64,000 nucleotides of DNA, taken from the NCBI GenBank assembly GCA_964512705.1, contig CAZEJY010000006.1:8613-72612 (forward strand), read 5' to 3'. Source of the DNA: an uncultured Sangeribacter sp. GTDB lineage: Bacteria; Bacteroidota; Bacteroidia; Bacteroidales; Muribaculaceae. Each line of letters begins with the position of its first letter. Position 1 is the first letter of the stretch. Both the position numbers and the translations under genes were made by a program. Below are positions 56,918-64,000 of the stretch, piece after piece. Below the pieces are notes generated by a model. That model had not been told where the DNA came from. It was given only the letters and a program-made list of their open reading frames with translations, and did no database searches.

Positions 56918-57739
56918 ATGAACTATAAACTGCTTGGAGGATTTCTTAGAAAAAAGGGCATTATTCTCCTTCTTCATATTGCCATAATGGCGCTATCAAT
57001 CTTTTTGATAGCCATCATATCTATTGACACGTTTAAAAATGAAGCGTTCTATACACGTGAAAAGTTTCAGAAGGAACAGTTCTGGATCTGTCTCGTATTC
57101 ATGATAGACTTCTTTGTCGAATGGATTCTTTCGGATAAGAAATGGCATTATCTCAAGACCCACTTCATTTTCTTCTTAGTCTCGATCCCTTATCAGGCAT
57201 TGGTATATAAATTCGGAGCGCATTATGGGTGGCATATCTCCAACGAACTTGCTTACATAATCAGGTACATGCCTCTGATTCGCGGTGGCTATGCATTGGC
57301 TATTGTAGTCAGCTGGTTCACTTACAATAAAGCTACAGGGTTATTCTTTACCTATCTAATCACCCTATTTTCAACCGTCTATTTTGCGAGTCTGACATTC
57401 TTCCTTTTTGAATATAAAATCAATCCGCTTGTTCACAACTATGAGGATGCGCTTTGGTGGGCATTTATGGACGTAACGACTGTTGGATCAAATATTGTCG
57501 CCGTAACCGGTGTCGGGCGCGTACTTTCAGTCCTTTTGGCAGCATTGGGCATGATGATGTTCCCAATATTTACAGTTTATGTTACAAACGTCATTACAGC
57601 TCGTAGTAAGCAAGCTAATAATTACGGGAGCGGTATCCGCATAATCGATGCATATAGGAATTACGTCAAAAATCATGAAAATGAACCGACAGAAGTTACC
57701 GTAGCTCATAAGGATGGAAGTGAGAATCCTAACCCATAG
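56918..57739 (+). CDS. Multi-TM ion channel (K+-channel-like, non-canonical filter)
   Basis: Several TMs then YEDALWWAFMDVTTVGSNIVAVTGVGR pore and a final TM. Confidence 0.8.
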   Translation: MNYKLLGGFLRKKGIILLLHIAIMALSIFLIAIISIDTFKNEAFYTREKFQKEQFWICLVFMIDFFVEWILSDKKWHYLKTHFIFFLVSIPYQALVYKFGAHYGWHISNELAYIIRYMPLIRGGYALAIVVSWFTYNKATGLFFTYLITLFSTVYFASLTFFLFEYKINPLVHNYEDALWWAFMDVTTVGSNIVAVTGVGRVLSVLLAALGMMMFPIFTVYVTNVITARSKQANNYGSGIRIIDAYRNYVKNHENEPTEVTVAHKDGSENPNP

Positions 57740-57759
57740 TAAATAACACTACCGGTCTG

Positions 57760-59268
57760 TTATTGAGTTGGTGAATTCTGTTCGATTGCCTCTTCTAATG
57801 TTTCATCGGTCTTTAAACCATGCTTGAGCCATGCGCCACTGATTAATCGCCATAGGAAGAAGATTCCTCTTAAGCTTAATTCTATGCACATAGCCAACCA
57901 GACTCCATACAAGCCTAAACCCATTGGACCGGCAAAGATTGCAGCTAAGGGAACTCTTATAAGCCAGATGCTTGAAAAATTAATGACTGCCGGAATAATA
58001 GTATCCCCAACACCAACCATCACTCCGTAAGCAACAATTGAAGCTCCGAACATCGGCTCTGCCCATGCTTCTATGCGAAGGGCATCAACACCTTGTTCTT
58101 GAATTGCCTTCACAGGACTGAGCAACGACATAACTTCAGGAGACCATAACCAGAGTGCTACTCCCATTATACCCATTACCACCATACCCAAGACTACTGT
58201 GAGGTATCCGAATTTTCGAGCAAGGTCCTTTCTTCCGGCACCAAAACTTTGGCCTGTCAGAGTTGTTGCAGCATCACCAATTCCGTAACCTGGCATATAG
58301 CAGAGAGCCTCTGCGGTGACAGCAAATGCATTTGCTGCTATTGCAACAACACCCAACGGAGCAACAATGACAGTAATCATGATCTGTGCCCCGCATATAA
58401 CCGCATGTTCCAAGGTCATTGGAGCGGCAACTTTTGCTGCATTTTTCAATACCAATCCTTTAGGGAGACACCAATTACGTTTTCTGCGCTCCCTCTTTAA
58501 TTCCAATCTCCTCTTCGGATTTATATTTTCCGGGAAGGTCTCTTCGCGCAAACTTTTCTGACGATAAAGCGCATACCATAAAACTGCGATAGCCGTCACG
58601 ATTTCGGCAGCTACTGTTCCTAACGCGGCACCCAATACACCCAGTCCGGCACCCGGAACCCAAAATGAGATCCCAGCGAACGAAATATCACGTGATGGAA
58701 AAATCAGGAAAAAGTTGAAAATCACGTCCAAGACACACATCATAACATTCAGTCCTCCCGCGATTCCCATACTGCCGGTTGCCCTCAAAGCTCCGGACCC
58801 TAAATAATTTAGACTCAATAGCGGTAAAGCTGCGACAAAAACAGCAAAGTAAAGAGATGCGTCATAGCACACACTCTCTTCACCTCCTAACCAATGAGGA
58901 AGAGGACGCGCAATGCACAATCCGATTACAGCCATTACTAAACCGAAAAGAGCAGAAGCTAAAAGCCCCTGCCTGAATATACGACGTGCCGAACCGGCAT
59001 CGGACGCACCTACTCGATGGGCAATCTGAACGGAAAATCCTGCTGTTGCGGCAGAACAGACTCCCCAGAAAAGCCAAAGCGTCGTGGAAACCAATCCCAC
59101 CGATGCTGATGGATCTGCTCCCAAGCGACCTACCATAGCTGCATCGATATACTGCATGAGTATACTCGATAGCTGCGCCATAATGGCAGGCCATGCCAAG
59201 GAGGCTGTGAGCGAAAGCTGCTGACCTAATGTCAACTGCTTACCGCTTTTAATTATGTCTATTTTCAC
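57760..59268 (-). CDS. MATE family efflux transporter
   Basis: YIDAAMVGRLG, ALRATG, LGVLGAALGT, GQSFGAG, GLYGVWLAM. Confidence 0.92.
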   Translation of the reverse strand: MKIDIIKSGKQLTLGQQLSLTASLAWPAIMAQLSSILMQYIDAAMVGRLGADPSASVGLVSTTLWLFWGVCSAATAGFSVQIAHRVGASDAGSARRIFRQGLLASALFGLVMAVIGLCIARPLPHWLGGEESVCYDASLYFAVFVAALPLLSLNYLGSGALRATGSMGIAGGLNVMMCVLDVIFNFFLIFPSRDISFAGISFWVPGAGLGVLGAALGTVAAEIVTAIAVLWYALYRQKSLREETFPENINPKRRLELKRERRKRNWCLPKGLVLKNAAKVAAPMTLEHAVICGAQIMITVIVAPLGVVAIAANAFAVTAEALCYMPGYGIGDAATTLTGQSFGAGRKDLARKFGYLTVVLGMVVMGIMGVALWLWSPEVMSLLSPVKAIQEQGVDALRIEAWAEPMFGASIVAYGVMVGVGDTIIPAVINFSSIWLIRVPLAAIFAGPMGLGLYGVWLAMCIELSLRGIFFLWRLISGAWLKHGLKTDETLEEAIEQNSPTQ

Positions 59269-59274
59269 TCTATT

Positions 59275-60468
59275 CTATTGTTTTGCCTTCAAGTGTTTGA
59301 GATATTTTATTACTCTATCCAAACCCTCCCTCAATCTGACGCGAGGGGCAGCCAAGTTAATACGGATATATCCATCCAGACCATACATTTTTCCGGCATT
59401 GATTCGTACATTTGCCTTCTCTACCAACCGCTGTTCGAGTTCTTCCGAACTTAAACCAAAAGATGTGATATCTATCCATGGAAGATATGTTGCCTGAAGT
59501 TCAGTAACCCTGCATTCGGGCAATTCTTTACGGAACATTTCCAATAACATATCATAATTTTGCCACAGATAAATTCTGAGGGCATCAAGCCATTCTTCAC
59601 CTCGCTTTGAATAGGCAGCCCTTAGAGCAACTGGTCCAAATGGATTGACATCACAAACTTCATTAATGTTTACAGCCCGATCTATCAGAGCCCTCGTCTC
59701 TGGATCCGGAGCAACTATATTGGCAGTCTGCAATCCTGCGATATTGAATGCCTTTGAAGGACTGACACACACCACAGCTTTCGGATCAACCGTCGCGTAA
59801 GGAACATATTCAGATCCAGGTCGAGTAAGCTCACAATGAATCTCATCGCTCACTACAATCACTCCATTCTTTTTACATATTTCCGCAACCTTTTCAAGTT
59901 CATCACGTCGCCACAATCTTCCGGCAGGATTATGAGGATTGCAAAGAAGCATAACCTTTGTATCCGGTTTTGACGCTTCTCTTTCAAGAGCATCAAAATC
60001 CATTTCATAAGTAAAGCACCCATCCGCTAAATTAATCCTCCTCAACGCAGCATCAGCAATTCGGCAATTATTATTACGTATAGAAGAGAAAAAGCAATTG
60101 TAAACCGGTGACTGAATGATGACTCCGGATCCCTCCGGCGCAAGAGCCTTAATTATTGCTGAAAGCGCGGGAACAACTCCGGGCACAAGAATCACATTCT
60201 CTGCTGAAAAAGAATATCCATGTTTTCGACTAAACCAGTCAGTTAAGGCTTTATAATAAGAATCCGACACATGGGTATATCCAAAGACACCATGCTTCAC
60301 CCTTTCGAGCAAAGCCTCTTCAATCACGGGAGCGGCGCGGAAATCCATGTCGGCAACCCAAAGCGGTATTACTTCCGGATTAGGCATTACATCCCATTTC
60401 ACGCATTCAGTCCCTATTCGAGAGGGAGCATTGTCAAACCATTCTTCAAATTTATCCATATATACCAA
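59275..60468 (-). CDS. MalY/PatB-family PLP C-S lyase
   Basis: PLWVADMDF, HGVFGY, LCNPHNPAGR, SDEIH, SPSKAFNIAGL, RINLA. Confidence 0.92.
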   Translation of the reverse strand: MVYMDKFEEWFDNAPSRIGTECVKWDVMPNPEVIPLWVADMDFRAAPVIEEALLERVKHGVFGYTHVSDSYYKALTDWFSRKHGYSFSAENVILVPGVVPALSAIIKALAPEGSGVIIQSPVYNCFFSSIRNNNCRIADAALRRINLADGCFTYEMDFDALEREASKPDTKVMLLCNPHNPAGRLWRRDELEKVAEICKKNGVIVVSDEIHCELTRPGSEYVPYATVDPKAVVCVSPSKAFNIAGLQTANIVAPDPETRALIDRAVNINEVCDVNPFGPVALRAAYSKRGEEWLDALRIYLWQNYDMLLEMFRKELPECRVTELQATYLPWIDITSFGLSSEELEQRLVEKANVRINAGKMYGLDGYIRINLAAPRVRLREGLDRVIKYLKHLKAKQ

Positions 60469-60487
60469 ATTTTATACAGGAGTGAAA

Positions 60488-61333
60488 CTACTCGATAACC
60501 TCTATCTTGCAATTTGCCGGAGCCTTGATATTCTCATCAAGAATAATCTCCCCATAGCCTTTTGCCTGAATTCTTCCTGTTGTTGGATTCTTAACTGATG
60601 TGATTTGGGAATTCACAACCGCATCGACACTACTTTCCTCAAAGGCGAGATCACAGTCGGCATCAAATATACAGTTTTCAAGAACCAAGTCCTCACAGTA
60701 GCACAACGGTTGAGTTCCGGAAATTCTACAATTAACTAATTTCAGACCTTTTGAATGCCAACCAAGATATTCCCCGTTAAGTTCGGAATCATATACCGTC
60801 ACGTTTTCTGTGTTCCAGAATGCGTCTTTTGAATGGATCTCTGCATTACGAATCACTACGTTTTTACAATATTGGAAAGAGTAATTCCCTTTCTGTTTAT
60901 AACGGTCGATATCTATATTATTACAATGCATGAAAAGATAATCTGCGTTCTCCACTTCAACATCTCGCAATGTAATATCATCGCAATGCCAGAGAGTCTC
61001 CTGCGCATCAGGAATTTTGACTCTTTCAAGTCTGATATTCTTCATTTCACGGAACATTTTTGGAGCATCAACCTGAGTATCGGTCATCTCCAAATCTGAA
61101 GAATACCATAAGGCTGCTCGCGCACCGGGGGTAAACAATGAATCTCGGACAACAAAGTGATTGACATGCCAGAAAGGATATTTACCCTCAAACCTGCAAC
61201 GTATTGCTTCTATATTTGAACATTCCTTCAGAGCAGATTCTCCTGCATGGATAGTCACATCAATAAGGCGAAGATCGTGTTCCGCAAACAACGGTCGTTC
61301 GCCGCCAAATTCTTTATTTTCAATAATAGTCAT
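60488..61333 (-). CDS. DUF3737 family beta-helix protein
   Basis: FGGERPLF, GESALKE, GKYPFWH, APKMFRE, SKDAFW, GEYLGW, GTQPLCY; paired with PatB. Confidence 0.88.
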   Translation of the reverse strand: MTIIENKEFGGERPLFAEHDLRLIDVTIHAGESALKECSNIEAIRCRFEGKYPFWHVNHFVVRDSLFTPGARAALWYSSDLEMTDTQVDAPKMFREMKNIRLERVKIPDAQETLWHCDDITLRDVEVENADYLFMHCNNIDIDRYKQKGNYSFQYCKNVVIRNAEIHSKDAFWNTENVTVYDSELNGEYLGWHSKGLKLVNCRISGTQPLCYCEDLVLENCIFDADCDLAFEESSVDAVVNSQITSVKNPTTGRIQAKGYGEIILDENIKAPANCKIEVIE

Positions 61334-61538
61334 ATCTATATATCTATATATTTTTCATGGGTATCACATATATTTATAACGATTAATTATATAGATATGT
61401 TATGACTTTTCAAGAGTTTTATCAACCAAAAATACTGGTAAAAATACCAATAATACCAATCATTAAAAGAAATAAAAATTCGACCCAAATTAGTTTCTAA
61501 AGCGTTAGAATATATGGCAGACAATTACTTTATGTATC

Positions 61539-62855
61539 ATGTATCGTCTGTCTAAATCACATAATTATTATTGGAAAATAATGGATACACAAAATAATAA
61601 TGCTCCACACGAAAGTGCAGAGCAACAACTATTAAGCAATTTAGAGAAAGGCTCAAAATTAAGTAATGCCCTCCTGAATATAAAGGGTTATTATTGGTTC
61701 CTTGTTATATTCCTGGTTCTCGAGAGCGCATTGGGCTCTTTTGTCAATGACATGTATAGTCCATCACTGCCAAGAATGTGTCACTTCTTCGGATGCTCCG
61801 TGTCTATCGGACAATTGGGATTGACAATGGGTATGATAGGACTTGGAGTCGGGCAATTAGTTCTCGGACCTTTAAGTGACCGCTATGGACGTAAACCCAT
61901 CATGATAGGATCCTTGATTCTATTTATTGTCGCAGCGGTAATCAGTATCTTCTCCCCTAATATCCATTTTTTCAACGGCTGCAGATTCTTTCAGGGTGTT
62001 GGTGCATCCGGAGGTTATTTCTTGGCAAGAACGATTCCTGCTGATGTCCTCTCCGGCAGAAGTCTTGCAAAGCTCATGGCACTTGTAGGTGCAATAAATG
62101 GCATTGCTCCTGCCTCCGCTCCGGTTATCGGTGGTGTAGCTGCCGATACATGGGGTTGGAAATCTGTATTCATTATTTTAGGAGTCTTCGCAGTTATAGT
62201 ACTTCTCTGCTCTTTCAAAATGAAGGAGTCTCTTCCACCATACAGAAGAACTACCGGTTCAATCAAAAACTCAATATCAGGTTATGGCAAATTACTTCAC
62301 AACAAAGCATTTATGATTCATGTATGCTTTAAGGGAACAGCTTTGGGAATCCTATTTGCATACATCTCTTCCTCCCCTTTTATTCTTCAAAATCACTATG
62401 GTCTATCACAGACTGTATATGGTTTGATAGTTGGTTTTAATGCCATATTTGTTGTTATCGGCTCTCTGATCGCATTGAAATTCCATCCACTGAAAAAATC
62501 TGCATTCACAGGAGCCTTAATCCTGACAGGTGGTGTTATCGCTCAAGCTTCGGCTTTATATTTTGTTAAGAGTATTTGGTTGTTTGAAGTGTGTATCGCA
62601 GTGATGCTATTTGGATTAGGTATGATATTCACGACAACCAACACGCTCGCTATGAACGAGGGACGTAACAGCGCCGGAGAAGCGTCATCCCTCTTAGGTG
62701 TGTCGGGTTACGTGTTTGGAGCAATTGTTTCACCTTTAGTAGGATTAGGCAATATCCTCCACTCGACCGCAATTACATACGTAACAATGGCTGTACTAAT
62801 CTTAATATGCGCAGCCCTATCAAGAAAACTAAAACCTGATCTTCAACAAAACTGA
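61539..62855 (+). CDS. Bcr/CflA-family MFS drug-resistance transporter
   Basis: DMYSPSLP, GPLSDRYGRKP, RFFQG, APVIGG, KESLP; start may be 61581. Confidence 0.9.
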   Translation: MYRLSKSHNYYWKIMDTQNNNAPHESAEQQLLSNLEKGSKLSNALLNIKGYYWFLVIFLVLESALGSFVNDMYSPSLPRMCHFFGCSVSIGQLGLTMGMIGLGVGQLVLGPLSDRYGRKPIMIGSLILFIVAAVISIFSPNIHFFNGCRFFQGVGASGGYFLARTIPADVLSGRSLAKLMALVGAINGIAPASAPVIGGVAADTWGWKSVFIILGVFAVIVLLCSFKMKESLPPYRRTTGSIKNSISGYGKLLHNKAFMIHVCFKGTALGILFAYISSSPFILQNHYGLSQTVYGLIVGFNAIFVVIGSLIALKFHPLKKSAFTGALILTGGVIAQASALYFVKSIWLFEVCIAVMLFGLGMIFTTTNTLAMNEGRNSAGEASSLLGVSGYVFGAIVSPLVGLGNILHSTAITYVTMAVLILICAALSRKLKPDLQQN

Positions 62856-62869
62856 TAAAGAATGATTCT

Positions 62870-63517
62870 TTAATTCTTTTTACGGAATGCGTTCCAGGCA
62901 ATGTAGATAACGCATAACACGCCAAGTGTGTAGCCGGCATAAGTGAGATAGGAATTATACTTCTCTACACTTTCAAACAGCTGGGAAGGCGCTACATGGA
63001 CAGACAACCAATACCCTAACCCGGCAAGAATAGCATTCCACACCAATGCGCCTAAGGCTGTAAAGAGTGCAAATTGACCCACGTTCATCTTTGATATGCC
63101 GGCGGGAATGGAGATCAATTGCCGGATTGCCGGAATTAATCTGCCGATAAATGTTGAGATAGCTCCATGTTTGTCGAAATACTCTTCAGCCTTATTCACT
63201 TTCTTTCTGTCGATCAGACAAGCATGTCCAAATCTACTGTCTGCGAATTTATATACCACCGGACGTCCGATCCATAGGGCAAGATAGTAGTTTATGAATG
63301 CTCCACAAAGAGCTCCAAGTGTAGCCACAACTACAACAAGATAAACATTCATATCAGCTCCGGCTCCGGTATGAGTACAGGCAAGATAAGCGGCAGGAGG
63401 CACAACCACTTCCGAGGGGAAGGGGATAAAACTGCTCTCAATAACCATAAAGATAAAAACAAAAAGATAGTTTGCATTCTCCACAAACCACTGAAAGAAT
63501 TCTCCGGCGTCAAACAT
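62870..63517 (-). CDS. DedA family membrane protein
   Basis: IESSFIPFPSE, FIGRLIPAIRQLISIPAG. Confidence 0.92.
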   Translation of the reverse strand: MFDAGEFFQWFVENANYLFVFIFMVIESSFIPFPSEVVVPPAAYLACTHTGAGADMNVYLVVVVATLGALCGAFINYYLALWIGRPVVYKFADSRFGHACLIDRKKVNKAEEYFDKHGAISTFIGRLIPAIRQLISIPAGISKMNVGQFALFTALGALVWNAILAGLGYWLSVHVAPSQLFESVEKYNSYLTYAGYTLGVLCVIYIAWNAFRKKN

Positions 63518-63587
63518 CGTTTCTATGTTGGTTTTAATTACGGGAAGGATTAATATCCATTTTCCCTATAAAAGTTTATTTTAGTAG

Positions 63588-64000
63588 CTACTTAAATAAT
63601 AACGAATAGTATTCGGCTTTCTTCTCAAGTTTCATTGGATAGGCACGCGATGAAGAGGGCATCCTCCAATGGCGGAATGACCGCTCCTTTCCATCAGAAT
63701 CAGCAATCTTGCAGTCTGAGAATTCTCCCATCTTCGGAAGAGCCGTTCCTGTAATCTCAGCAATTATTCCGGCTGCTTTCTCTCCGGTAGTGACGACAGC
63801 GACGCAGTCGGGTATATGAGTGAGTATCTCTGGAAGGTTAATAGTCTCCTTTATCTCCAAAAACTTGTCGGCTGCATTCCCTTTTGTCCTTTCTATCTCC
63901 CTGCCTGTATCGCTCAATGCAACACCTTCACGCTCGAGCAACTGCTTAATCTTCTCAAGTTTAAAGGTTTTATTCTCTTTATCCACCAATGCCTCTTTAT
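63588..64000 (-). CDS. Uracil-DNA glycosylase (MUG-like) family protein, partial
   Basis: GVALSDT, GNAADKFL, TTGEKA, RMPSSSRAYP; N-terminus lies beyond the window. Confidence 0.75.
   Translation of the reverse strand, partial: KEALVDKENKTFKLEKIKQLLEREGVALSDTGREIERTKGNAADKFLEIKETINLPEILTHIPDCVAVVTTGEKAAGIIAEITGTALPKMGEFSDCKIADSDGKERSFRHWRMPSSSRAYPMKLEKKAEYYSLLFK

Overview
A 64 kb chromosomal window from a gut Bacteroidales bacterium, probably Muribaculaceae-like. This rests on gene content and on TAnnTTTG -7 promoter elements. Most of it is housekeeping and accessory genes: a Trp-attenuated stand-alone trpB2, a four-gene type V pilus cluster, GH89, cobB, fcl, umuC-recQ-recJ, murF, tRNA-Ala(GGC), a C10 protease, pepC, an NfnAB/GltD-like pair, a cobalamin-riboswitch btuBGFC operon with divergent btuD, aguA/aguB, rlmH-nadC-yraN, nfo, an ECF sigma/anti-sigma/beta-barrel cluster and several transporters. 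I found no CRISPR array, integrase, transposase or reverse transcriptase. The least explained signals are non-coding. (1) A ~195 bp fold-back element with TAAGTAGCT...AGCTACTTA ends occurs twice in inverted orientation; each copy sits 18-19 nt upstream of a start codon, one has a 13 bp flanking duplication, and short remnants supply stop codons elsewhere. (2) Downstream of tRNA-Ala, two ~120 bp direct repeats, each a GAA-triloop hairpin between 20 bp sub-repeats, bracket an orphan AbiEi-like antitoxin and a small membrane protein. (3) There is a family of GTGTCAAA hairpins, plus heptamer tandem arrays. (4) An unannotated 52 aa His-rich small protein lies at 612-770. All family assignments come from motif recognition by eye, not database searches.
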